Assembly (NCBI RefSeq): GCF_009914755.1
Contig: NC_060928.1
Origin: the human T2T-CHM13v2.0 reference genome, Homo sapiens
Strand: one strand, 5' to 3'
Length of the DNA stretch: 64,000 bases
This document shows positions 1-17,490 of the stretch, piece after piece (positions within the stretch are counted from its first letter, which is position 1; each line of letters starts with the position of its first letter). The notes beneath the pieces are model-generated. The model saw nothing but the letters and a program-made list of their open reading frames with translations, had not been told where the DNA came from and ran no database searches. The position numbers were made by a program, and so were the translations under genes.

Positions 1-81
1 TTGGTTAAGTATACTGAATTATTTTCTTTTCTTTGGGCATTGTATTGCTAAGTTTATGTGATGTATGCCTGCATTATAAAA

Positions 82-190
82 AACAGTTTTATTGAGATAT
101 AATGCCAATCTTCTCATTTAAAGAGAAAATACAGTGGATTTTTGTATGTTCACAAAGTTGTGCAACTATTACCACAATTAATTTTAGAGA
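82..190 (-). mobile_element. Old L1M 3'-end fragment
   Basis: TTTTATTGAGATATAAT...TTCACAAAGTTGTGCAACTATTACCACAAT resembles the reverse complement of an L1MB/L1M 3' terminus. Confidence 0.6.
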
Positions 191-199
191 ATTAAAATA

Positions 200-1950
200 A
201 AGACTTTAATTTACAATGGCATCATATTATATGTTTAAGGATAAATCTGATAACACATGTGAAAGACATGTACACTGAAAACTATAAAATATTACTGAGA
301 TAAAGACCTAAATAAATAGATATATCATATCTGTGGATGGAAGACTCAAAGATATTAGGATGTCGATTCTCTCCAAGCTGATTTATAAATTTAATTTAAT
401 CCCAGCCAAAATCCCAATAGGCTAATTTTTGTTAAAAATTAAAAAACTGATTCTAAAGTCATCTAGAAATGTAAGGAAACTAGAGTAAACAAAAGCATTT
501 TGAAAAAATAAAAAAGAAAACTGGAAAACTAATGCTATCCAATTTCAAACTTATGAAAAAGTTACAGCAATCAAGACTATAGTTTTGGTGTGAATATATA
601 GAAATAGATCAATGGAACAAAAATAGACCCTCATATGTGGCAACTGATTTCTACTATAGCTGCAAAGGCAATGCAGCAAAAATGGCCTTTTCAAAATTAG
701 TGCTGGAACAATTTAGATATCCATATGAAAAAGAGAACTTCAATCTATATTATTCATCATATATAATATTTAACTCAAAATGGATGTTAGGCCCAAATTT
801 AGATTTCAGTCAAAATTTAGATTTAAATATAGATGTAAGTCTTAAAACAATAAAGCTTCTGAAACAAAAAGTTGGAGAAAACCTTTGTGACCTTGGGCAA
901 AGCATAGAATTTTGGGTATTACATTAAAAGTATGCCACATCAAAGGACAAATTGATAAATTATACTTCATCAAAATTAAAATAATTTGCTCCTTGAAAGA
1001 ATTAGAGAATGAGAAGACAAGTTGGAATATTTGCAAATCATATAGCTGATAAAGGATTTGTATCCAGATTAAGGAATTCTCAAAACTTAATAACAAAACA
1101 AAATCATATTTTAAAAATGGGCAAAATATTTAAACAGAAACTTCATCAAAGCAGACATACAAATGCACATACGCAAATAAGGACAGGAAAAGATGCCAGA
1201 CATCACTAATCATTAGGCAAAGGCAATGAGATTCCACTAACGCCTATTTATTATAAAGGCTAAAATTAAAAATCTTGACCATCCTAAATATTGGTAAGGA
1301 TATAGAGACATTGCGGCTGTCTTAACAGTAGTATCACACACCACTTTAGAAAACCAAATTGTCAGTTTCTTAAAAAGTTGAACCTATACTTACCATATAA
1401 CCTAAGCATTCTATTCCCAAGTATTTACCCAAGAGAAATAAAAGGCTATGATTCTACAAAGATTTATAATAGAATGTTTATAGTAGCTTTATTAGTAATA
1501 ACCCCAAATGTGAAACAATCCATATGTCAATCAATAGGTGAATGGATATACAACTGTGTTATAGCCATGTAATGGGATTCTACTGAGCAATAAAAAGAAA
1601 CTATTGAAACATATTACAACATGAATAAAATAAAAAATACTGAATGGAAAAAAGCTAGACAAAAAAGTTCACATATATGATTCCATTTATATAAAATCCT
1701 AGAAAATGTCCCCTAATCTATAGTATTATAAAGATCACTGGCTGTCTGTGGATGGGTGTAGGGGAAATGAGGGTATCTGGGATTATAAAGAGTCACAAGG
1801 AACCTTTGGGGGTTGAATGAATATTTCCGTTCTATTAAGTGTGCTGGTGGTTTCATATGCATTTATACATGCAAATTTATCAAACTAGACAAATTAAATA
1901 TGCACAATTCATTCTACGTCTATTATATATTAGCAAAAGTATTAAATTAA
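200..1950 (+). mobile_element. Old L1M (L1MC/MD/ME-like) ORF2 C-terminal region and 3'UTR, degenerate
   Basis: A-rich strand with decayed ORF2 motifs (ORF-track pieces IFANHIADKGFVSR and IYPREIK...MFIVALLVI), ending in an L1M-like 3'UTR. Confidence 0.8.
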
Positions 1951-2454
1951 AAGAGAAAAGATGGTGAATTTATTGAATGCTTTTCATTCTCCACATCTCT
2001 AACATTTCAAACACTAGATTTCCCTTCCCAAGAATTTAGGTTATTTAATTCCTCATTAACTGAGCCTATAAAGCTTCCTAATGTTATTTCAGGGTGGATT
2101 TCAAAACCTGAAGGAAAAATTTAGCCAAGCGCTTTCATTATAAGTCTTGGCTTACTTCTTGGAAATATGACTAAATGATTACTATAACTGAAGACAGAGA
2201 GTGGCCATTTAAAAAAATTAAATATATGTTTGATAAAATCCCTTACTTATGTGCCCATTTACTTTGTAAGTGCAAAAAGCATGTACTGAGTATCTGAGAA
2301 TATTAGTGTTCAAAGATAGTCTCTTCAAAACAGAGCTTTGCAGAATAATAAAAAATAGATTGAGAGAGTTAGAATGCTAATATAGGTAAAATTGAAAGAT
2401 TCTTTTTGTTTTCTACACTAACTGCCAACATTAGCTAATTTCATTTACAAGTAG

Positions 2455-2909
<455 letters not shown>

Positions 2910-3682
2910 CTAAATTTTAGTCAGTAATTAAACACTTTCTGGATAGGGGGTTGTGCTATGCAAGAGAGCTCTACATCTCCTCTCCTGGCATTTACAGTGA
3001 TTTCAAGTTCTGTTTGTAAAAAATTTAACAGGAGCCCAGCACTTTGTTAATTGTAAAATACATATATCTTCAAAAGTATCTTAAAAGATAGGCAGATCCT
3101 TATATTCTGATTATATTTTGTAACATAGAGGCAGCTCAGTCTGCAGTGATACCTCTTCTATTTATTTTGCTTCATTTTATTTTGGATGAAGGTATCAAAC
3201 ATTAGCAAATGTACAAGGCATTTACACCTATTCATATTCCTGTTCATCTCTTTGAAGCCCTCTCTAACTACTATGTAGTACAAAACAGGCCACAAATGAG
3301 ATAAAATTTTGTTAGTAGAGCTAACTCAGTGATCTACCAGATTGAATTAATGATGTCTTAACAATGAAATGTGGTTTATTTAAATATATCAAAATAGATA
3401 TGTGTAGCTGGCAAGCAACAAAATAGAAAAGCCTAAAGCAAATATTCTTATCTTACAGTGTGAGAGGTTTGGCGTATAATCCTTGACTAGTCACTTCAGC
3501 TACTGGCAAGGTCATTCTTTGGTTGGTAATTTCAACTTGTCCAGGAAGCCATGATTTATGATGAAAATATTACCTTCCAGTTCTGTAACAAGATGCCATA
3601 GAATCATTTTTGCCTGTTTCTTTCCTCTAAATAAAATTAAACACCCTATACATCATTCAACAGACAATGATAAAAGTACTCT

Positions 3683-5960
3683 TCTATTAGTCCATTTTCA
3701 TGCTGTTAAAGATATACCCAAGACCGAGCAATTTACAAAAGAAAGAGGTTTAATTGGACTTACAGTTCCACGTGGCTGAAAAAGCCTCACAATCAATTAT
3801 GGTGAAAAGCAAGGAAGAGCAAGTCACATCTTACACAGATGGCAGCAGATAAAGAGAGAACTCGTGCAGGAAAACTCCCCCTTACAATAACCATCAGATC
3901 TCATGAGATTACTCACTATCACAAGAGCAGCACAGGAAAGACCTGACCCCATGATTCAATTACCTCCAACCAGGTCCCTCCTACAACACATGGGAATTTA
4001 AGATGAGATTTTGGTGGGTCATGGCCAAACTATATAATTCCACCCCTGGTCCCTCCCAAATCTCATGTCCTCACATTTCAAAACCTGTAACGCCTTTCCA
4101 ACAGTCCCCCAATGTCTTAACTCATTTCAGCATTAACTCAAAAGTAAACAGTCACATCTGAGACCAGGCAAGTCGCTTCTGCCTGGCCTGTAAAATCAAA
4201 AGCAAGTTAGTTAATTCCTAGATACAATGGGGGTACAGCCATTTGATAAATACAGCCATTCTGAATAGGAGACATTGGCCAAAACAAAGGGGCTACAGAC
4301 CCCATGCAAGTCCCAAATCCAGTGGGGCAGTCAAATCTTAAAGCTCCAAAATGATCTCCTTTGACTCCATGTCTCACATCCAGGTCATGCTGATGCAACA
4401 GGTAGGTTCTCAAGGACTTGAGCAGCTCTGCCCCTGTGGTTTTTTCAGGGTATGGCCTCCCTCCTGGCTGCTTTCATGGGCTGGCATTGAGTCTCTGCAG
4501 CTTTTCCAGATACTCAGTGCAAGCTGTCAGTGGATCCACCATTCTGGGGTCTGGTGGATGGTGGCACTTTTCTCATAGCTTCACTGGGCATTGCTCCAGT
4601 AAGGACTCTGTGTAGGGGCTCTGACCTCACATTTCCCTTCTGCACTGCCCTAGCAGAGGTACTCCATGAGAGCTCTGACCCTGCACCAAACTTCTGCCTG
4701 AACATCCAGGTGTTTCCATAAATCTTCTGAAATTTAGGCAGAGGTTCCCAAACCTCAATTTTTGACTTCTGTGCACTCAGAGGCTCAACATTACATTAAA
4801 GCTGCCAAGGCTTGAGGCTTGCACCCTCTGAAGCCACAGCCTGAGCTCTACACTGGCTCCTTTCAGACATGGGTGGAGCAGCTGAGATGCAAAGCACCAA
4901 GTCCCTAGGCTGCACACAGCACAGGGACCCTGTGCCTGGCCCAAGAAACCAGTTTTTCCTCCTAGGCCTCCAGGCCTGTGATGGGAGGTGCTGCTGTGAA
5001 GACCTTTGACATGCCCAGGAGACATTTTTCCCATTTTCTTGGGGATTAACATTCGGCTCCTCGTTATTTATGCAAATTTCTTTAGCACATTCTAATTTCT
5101 CCTCAGAAAATGTGACTTTCTTTTCTATCACATTGTCAGGCTGCAAATTTTCTGAACTTTCATGCTCTGCTTCCCTCATAAAACCAAATGCCTTTACCAG
5201 CTCCCAAGTCACCATTTGAATGCTTTGCTGCTTAGAAATTTCTGCCACCAGATACCCTAAATCATCTCTCTCAAGTTCAAAGTTCCACAAATCTCTAGGG
5301 CAGGGGCAGAATGCTGCCAGTCTCTTTGCTGAAACATAACAAGACTCATCTTTGTTCCATTTCCCAACAAGTTCCTCTTCTCCATCTGAGACCACCTCAG
5401 CCTGGACATTATTGTTCATGTCACTATCAGCATTTTTGTCAAAGCCATTCAACAAGTCTCTAGGAAGTTTCAAACTTTCTCACATTTTCCTGTCTTCTTA
5501 TGAGCCCTCCAAACTGTTCCAACCTCTGCCTATTACCCAGTTCCAAAGGCTCTTCCACATTTTCAGGTATCTTTTCAGCAATGCCCCACTGTGCTGGTAC
5601 CAATTTACTGTATTAGTCTGTTTTCACACTGCTGATAAAGATATACCTGAGACTGGGCAATTTACAGAATAAAGTGGTTTAACTGGACTTACAGTTCCAC
5701 GTGGCTGGAAAAGCCTTACAATGTTGGCCAAAGGCAGGGAAGAGCAAGTCACATCTTACATGTATGGCAGCAGGCAAAGAGAGAACTTATACAGGAAAAC
5801 TCCCCCTTATAATATCCATCAGATCTTGTAAGGCTTACTATCATGAGAACAGCATGGGAAAGACCTACCCCCATGATTCAATTACCTCCCACTAGGTCCC
5901 TCCCACAACATGTGGGAATTCAAGATGAGATTTGGGTGGGGACACAGCCAAATCATATCA
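3683..5960 (-). mobile_element. Complete THE1 (THE1A/B-like) MaLR element: LTR 3683-4037, internal 4038-5608, LTR 5609-5960
   Basis: Two ~350-bp direct repeats (TGTATTAGTC...CCAAATCATATCA), a perfect 5-bp TSD ACTCT at 3678-3682 and 5961-5965, and a THE1-internal open frame at 4796-5473. Confidence 0.95.
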
Positions 5961-6199
5961 ACTCTGTAATCTTGACAGAAGAATGTGGGCTTCCTAAGGA
6001 CATCATGAATCGAGGAATGAAAATGTGGTAATCCCTCTGGATTTTCTTTTTATATCTCATATACTATAGGATTGGGTGTTGGAGAGGGCTGAAGCCTGCA
6101 ACCAATAATTGTAGAAAAAACAAAAACAAAAACAAAACTACATAGACAAAAACAAAACAAAACAAACAAAAAACCCAAGAAAGCCTACTCTATCTGGCC

Positions 6200-7668
6200 A
6201 ATGAACTGAGAAAGGAGAAGTACAACAGAGATCCAGTGAGGAGTTCTAACCACAACTCTACCAACTAGTCTGCTGGGCAGTCCATGCCTCTGAAAACAGA
6301 GCAATAAAGGCCTAGGCCATCCCAGCCCTTTTTCTATAACTGGGTCATCAGTAGGTGTTCCAATCTGGTGGCAGTGGTGGTGACAATGAAGCCCCATGTC
6401 TCCCTGCCCTTCACCCCACTGGCATACAGGAATCAAAACCCAGTTTCGTCTGCACTTTATAAAAGATTGCCCACCAAAAACAGGGTGCAAAGGGATATGC
6501 TTCTCCCCCTGTAAATAGTATCAGTAGGGATTAGTGGGAACCCCCACAGTGCCAGAAGAAGAAAGCAGGCCAGAATAACATTATAAGTGCTCAGGAAACT
6601 AAACTGTCATTGTAGCTAAATCATAAAAAAATAGACCAGAACCTACACACCAACTAAAATAGAAGACTTAAATAAAATCAAAAGTCTCCTAACATAGAAA
6701 ATATCTAGGATACAATAAAAATTTCTAGGATACAATAAAAATTTCTTGTCATACCAATAAACCAGGAAAACAACAATTTGATTGAGAAGAACAATCAACT
6801 GATATCCATACTGAGATGAATCAGATGTTGAAATTATCTGACAAAGATTATAAAGAGCAGCTGTCATACAAATGTTTCAGTTATCAATTACAAATGCCAT
6901 GGACACAAATGAGAAAACAGAAATCCTCCCCCCTCCCCGCCAAAAAATCAAAGTTTTAAAAAGGGCCACATAGAAGTTATAAAATTTAGTAATCAAGTTA
7001 AATCTTACTAGATGGATTCAGTAGTGGAATGGGGATGACAGAGGATAGAATTGGTAAGCATAAACATAGATCAATAAAATTTACTCAATCTGAATAACAG
7101 AGATAAAAGGCAAAAAAAGGGATCCTCAGGATTCTGTGGGATAATAACAAAACATATATTAGGTTGGTGCAAAAGTAATTGTGGTTTTTTCCATTAAAAT
7201 TAGGATCCCAGAGGAGATGAGAAAAGGTGTGAGACTGAGACTGAAAAGGTATCCAAACAAATAATTGTGGAAACTTCCAAATTTGGTGAAAAACATAAAC
7301 TTGCAAATGAAACTATATAAATCTTGCTTTATGAACTTCAAAAGCTTCAATTAGGATAAACTGCAGAAATCAACAGCAAGATACAGCATAATTAAACTTC
7401 TGAAAACTAAATACAAAGAAAAAAAATCTTAAAATAGCCAGAGAGAAATGATACATTATCCATATAATAGATTTCTAATCTGAAACCATTGGGCAGAGAG
7501 GAAATGAAAGATTTTTCAAGCACTGAAAGAAAAGAACTATTAATCTTGAATTCAATGTCTGGCAAAACAAACCTTCAGGGGAGAAGAAAAAATACAGACA
7601 TTCTCCAATGAAAGAAAACTAAGAAAATTGTTGTTAATAGACCTACTCTTCAAGAACAGATAAAGGAG
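6200..7668 (+). mobile_element. Old L1M 5' region and ORF1 relic
   Basis: Decayed ORF1-like sequence (AATTAAACTTCTGAAAACTAAATACAAAGAAAAAAAATCTTAAAATAGCCAGAGAG; AGACCTACTCTTCAAGAA). The 5' boundary is uncertain. Confidence 0.7.
7159..7200 (+). mobile_element. MADE1 (Hsmar1-derived MITE), one arm only
   Basis: TTAGGTTGGTGCAAAAGTAATTGTGGTTTTTTCCATTAAAA following a TA. Confidence 0.9.
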
Positions 7669-7669
7669 G

Positions 7670-12485
<4,816 letters not shown>

Positions 12486-13773
12486 CCAGTTGCCTCAGGC
12501 TCTTCAAGGCCTGAAGGCAAGAACAGCTAAGGCTGCCAAACAGCTATGATGACAGCCTGCACCTCCCTCTGGGAGCTCCATCCCAAGGAGGTTTGAAATG
12601 GCTGTCAGCTAGCAAAAACTGGTGGGGGCTAGGCACAGTGGCTCAGGCCTGTAATTTCAGCATTTTGGGAGGCCAAGGCAGGCAGATCATGAGGTCAGGA
12701 GATAGAGACTATCCTGGCTAACATAGTGAAACCCCGTCTCTACTAAAAATAAAAAAAATTAGCCGGGTGTGGTGGCATGCACCTGTAGTCCCAGGTACTC
12801 AGGAGACTGAGGCAGGAGAATTGCTTGAACTTGGGAAGTGGAGGTTGCAGTGAGCCGAGATTGTGCTACTGCACTCCAGCCTGGGTGACAGTGCAAGACT
12901 CCATCTCAAAAAAAAAAAAAAAAAAAAAAGCGAAAAAAGAAGAAAACACTGGTGGAAGTGACTGGAAACCCCAGATGAGAGATTCCACTCAGTAGAGAAA
13001 TGGGATCCTGGATCCATGTGAACAGTCTGACCACTTCTCTGCAGAGCTGCTGGGCTGTGTTGAGGGACCACCCTGGTGCCTGGTTGCCTCAGACTCCCTA
13101 GAACCTAAAAGCAACAATGGTTAAGGCTGTGAGACAGCAAAGATGGCAGCCCCGCTCCCCACACTGGGAGTTTCATCTCAGGGAGGTGAAACACTGCTAC
13201 CAGTGGCTGGCTGGATTACCAAGTCAGTGGGTCTTATCCTGCAAGGTGCCATGAAAGCAGGGCCAGCAGCCTGTCACTGTTCAGCCCCCTGGATTCAGCC
13301 CCTTTCCTAGAAATATGTACCAGGGTCAAAATCCCTGCTTTGTCAGAGTTGCAGCTGCTTTTGCTGGGAAGCCGAGTATCTCTTCATGTGCTTTAGTGGC
13401 TGCTCTCCTAAGACTCCATGTAACTCTGTGTGTTGGACTGAAGGCCCTGGTGGAGTGGGTTCATGAGAGGGTCTCCTGACCTGAGGGTTGCAAAGATCCA
13501 TTGAAGAAGCATGAGTCCCTGGGGTCACTCACTCACTCACTCACCACGTCCCTGGGATGGGGAGGCTCCCTTTGCTTCATGTCATTCCCAGGTGGGCAGT
13601 CATCCTGCCTTGGTTTTCTCCAATCTCTATGGGTCAAGTTTTTATCTTAATGAGTCCCAATGTATATACTTGAATGTTTAATCTGAAGGTGCTGTATTTA
13701 CTCACCACTTCCTTTTCTCTCCACAAGAGGGGCACACACTAGCTGCTTCCAGGCAGCCATCTTGGCCAATCCC
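12486..13773 (-). mobile_element. 5'UTR of a second, older primate L1 (L1PA13-16/L1P-type), without body
   Basis: The minus strand begins GGGATTGGCCAAGATGGCTGCCTGGAAGCAGCTAGTGTGTGCC and contains L1 5'UTR-like subrepeats (CTGGGAGCTCCATCCCA / CTGGGAGTTTCATCTCA). Confidence 0.8.
12627..12942 (+). mobile_element. AluSc-like
   Basis: Full dimer with GATCATGAGGTCAGGAGATAGAGACTATCCTGGCTAAC, poly-A, and a TSD-like AAA(C)ACTGGTGG on both sides. Confidence 0.95.
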
Positions 13774-13779
13774 TCAGAG

Positions 13780-14325
13780 CATCATTCTTCACTGTTTTAC
13801 TTTTAAGCAGCCAATGCCATTACGTTTGAAGTGAGTTTCTTGAAGACAGCATATTGTTGAATCATTTTTAGTTATCCACTCTATCAAACATTGTTCTTGA
13901 GTCTTCTTCTTTGTTCTTGTCTTCTTGTGAGTTACTTGAGCATTTTCAGAGTTCCATTATGATTTGTTTATTTTTAAGGATATCATTTTGTTCTGTTTTC
14001 TTAATTGTTGCTCAGGATATTTTTGCTCAATATATACATAACTCATCACAACATACTGGGGTTGATATTTTACTACTTCCAATGAAGTATAGAAATCTTA
14101 CTTTTATTTAGGTCTCTTTACTCTTCATAATTTTAAACATAATTGTCTTAAGCATTTTTTCTACATAAAGAACCTCATCAGATGGTGTATAACTTTTTGC
14201 TTTTACCATAAAATATAATTAAAGAAATTCATAATGTGAAAAACAGTCTATTTTATTCCTATTTCTACCTATTCTGTTATTCTTTCCTTTGTAAAGATTC
14301 TAGTCTTCTTCTGTTTTCTGTTAGA
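13780..14325 (-). mobile_element. Old L1M ORF1-end / inter-ORF / ORF2-start segment, inverted relative to the flanking L1M pieces
   Basis: The minus strand reads TGGATAACTAAAAATGATTCAACAATATGCTGTCTTCAAGAAACTCACTTCAAAC, the ORF2 endonuclease ICCLQETHF motif. Confidence 0.7.
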
Positions 14326-14329
14326 GAAT

Positions 14330-16240
14330 ATATTAACCAAGTACATATGACATTCTCAAATTTGTATGTATCAAATCACAGAACTTCAAAATATATGAAA
14401 CAAAAACTGATAGAGCCAAAATAAAAAATTGAGAAATTCACAATTATAGTTGGGGAACAAAAAGAATGACTAGACAGCAAATCAGCAAGGATGTGGAAGA
14501 ACCAAACAACAGTATCAACCAACAGGATACCATCATATTTAGAGAACACTAGGCCCAACAGAAGCAGAACACACTTTCCTTTCAAGTACCCATGGAACAT
14601 GAACCATGAGAATGCATATGCTGGATTTAAAAAATGATTAAAAGAACTGAAGTTACATAGAGTAAGTTCACTTACATAAAGGAATCAAACTAGAAGTCAA
14701 TAGCAGAAGATGAGAAAAATTGCTATATACTTGGAATGTAAACAACAATTGTAAATAATCCAGGGTCAAACAAGAAAAATATAATAAAGTAAAAATATAT
14801 TTAACTGATTAAAATCAATACACAACATATTAAAGTGTGGGATGTAACTAAAGCAGTGCGAAAAATAAATTTATAACACCAAATACTTAAAATTGAAAAA
14901 GTAGAAAGACTTCAAATCAATATGATAAGTTCCTGCTTTAAGAAACTAGAAAAGAAGAGAAAAATTAACCCCTCAAAAGCAGAAGGAAGGACGTAAAAAA
15001 GATAATGACAAAAAGAAATAACACTGAAAATAGAAAATCAACAGAGAAATTGAGATTAAAAGCTGTTTTTTTAAATAAATGAAACAACACAATTTATAAA
15101 CCTCTACCAAGATTGACAATGATAAAATGTTGGATTTTAAATATTTATCTTCATTTATTTTTATCCTTAATGTGCACACAAGGAGTTCTGGAACAGAGAC
15201 AGATTTCTCATTAAATACCTTGTAGTAAATAAACGTATCATACTCCCTTCCCTGAATTCTTTGCCCTAGTCCTTACCCTTGTGCAACGTGATAAAAATCA
15301 GGTAAATCTTACGTGAGTAACTAGATACACCACAGGTGAGAGACAAGGCAAAATGATTTTTCACTGCTCAATAAAGGAAGAAGGCAGTGGTTTCTCTTGC
15401 TTTAGAATGTCCTCCTTACTTCAGCATATTAGCATGTAAATAAAATCGTTCCAGAAGCCATTTAGCCCATTTCTCTCAGATCTGTAGATGTCTTCAAGTT
15501 TTTGGCCTCATTTTTCCTTGAAATGTAGATAACCAGGGAGACAGTGTTCCAGAATTCCTGGCACTTTAGAGTTTAACCCAAGAACCTAGCCCAGAACAGT
15601 AATCATTGATAATATAAAAAAAAAAAGTTTTCTCTCCTTTCTGATTACTGTAATTAACAAGGCAAATAAATACAAATATTATATGAAAAAAATCATGAAG
15701 CTGATGCTTTTTGAAGTAGCATCAGGAAATCCAGGGAAATTTTATTTTCCCACATAAAATGAAAGAAGACACAAATAGTTGATATCAAGAATGAAACAGG
15801 GCATAGCAGAACAAGTTTTGCAGCCATTAAAAGCATAATAAGACATATTACAAATGATTTATGCTAATAAATTTGACAACCTAAAAGAAATAAACCAATT
15901 TATTGGAAACCACAAACTACCAACACTCAGCCAAGAAGAAATTGATAACCTAAATAGTTGTCTAACTATTAAGAAAATTGAGTTTATAATTTAAAAGCTA
16001 CTGAAAAGAAAGATCAGGACCCAGGTGGTTTTAATGGAGAATTTTTACCAAACATTCAAAAAAATTAATAAAAATATGCAATATCTTCCAGAAAATAGAA
16101 GTGGAGGAAACACTTCATAACTTCCAATTTTATAAGGCTAGTATTACCTTAATAATACAGCACATACACAAAACAAGCTAAAGATCAGTATCTCTCATGA
16201 ACATAGATGCAAAAATCCTCAGTAAAATTTTAGCAATCAG
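14330..16240 (+). mobile_element. Old L1M ORF2 relic (endonuclease to start of RT), interrupted by an insert at 15130-15753
   Basis: Decayed ORF2 motifs (NLYVSNHRTSKYMKQKLIE; GCTAATAAATTTGACAACCTA; CTCATGAACATAGATGCAAAAATCCTCAG). Confidence 0.8.
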
Positions 16241-17214
16241 AAGTGACATTATGGGGAACGGCAGACTAAAAACTTCTAAAAATTCTTTCCTCTGAAGTAG
16301 CAACAAGAACACTGGCAAAAATTGTCAAAATCTACTTTTCAGAATTGTGGAAATTAACAAGGCTTGCAACCTTCTGTGGGAAATTGACTCCCAGATGTTT
16401 CACATTATATTATTTATAATGTCTATTTTTAACAAGAAAATCACAAGATATGCAAAGAAATAAGAAAGCATGGCTAATATACAGGAAAAGAAAAAAAAAT
16501 AGTTAATAGAAACTAGTCCGTGGGAAACCTAAGATGATGAAGACTGAGACAAAAATTTTAAATCAGCTATCATAGAACTAACAAAGAGTATGAAAACAGG
16601 TGTCTTCTCAAAAGAAAATATCAATAAGGAGGTAATATAAGAAAAAAGAAAAGAAATTATGCAGTTGAAAAGTAGAATAAAATAAAACTTTTACTACATA
16701 TTTGTAGTAATTTGAAGAGGCAGAATAAAAATCTGCCAACTGGAAGATAAGGTAATTGAAATTATTCAGTTTGAGGAACAGGAAGACTAAAAAATAAAAC
16801 ACCACAGACACAGAGATCTGCATAATAGCATCAAGCATACCAAAATAAGCAAAATATGAGTCCAAAAAAAGAGAAAAATGGGCAGAAGAATGTTTGAATA
16901 TTATGGTTAACTGCCAAGATTTGATGAACATTAATTTGCACACACAGGAAGCTCCATGAGCTCCAAGTAGAATAAATTCAAAATGATTCATGCCTAAACA
17001 CATCATAATTAAATTGTTGAAAGCTTAAAACAAAGGCAGAATCTTGAAAGCAGCAAAAGAGAAGCAACTCATCACACATAAAAAGCTTGATAAGATTAAC
17101 AGCTGTTTTATAATCAGAAATCAAGGAGACCAGGAGGCAATGGGATGACATATTAAATGTGCTGAAAGTTGTGTTGGTTACATGAAGCTACACATGTGAT
17201 TAAATTCCAGATAG

Positions 17215-17269
<55 letters not shown>

Positions 17270-17490
17270 ACTAGCATATATATGTATATATATATAACTA
17301 GCATATATATTTATTCATATATATGAATAAACTAGGATTTGTACCAATGCCAATTTTCTGGTTTTGATATCATACTGTAGTCATCCAAGATGAGGAAGGC
17401 TGCGTGAATGATGCATGGGACATTCCTATGATTTTTTTTTTTTGCAATTTGACATGAACTTATATGTATTCCAAAGTAAAAACTTTTTAA
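16241..17490 (+). mobile_element. L1M(C)-like 5' piece and ORF1 joined directly to an L1MC-type 3' end
   Basis: ORF1-like sequence runs to ~17167 (GGGATGACATATTAAATGTGCTGAAAG), then the 3'UTR motif GTACCAATGCCAATTTTCTGGTTTTGATAT follows. Confidence 0.65.
17218..17325. repeat. (CA)n/(TA)n compound microsatellite
   Basis: Direct reading. Confidence 0.95.

Noticed and set aside
4796-5473. 225-aa ORF as a novel protein
   Set aside because: It is a THE1-internal open-frame remnant. Homologous broken frames occur at 56 kb and 63 kb.
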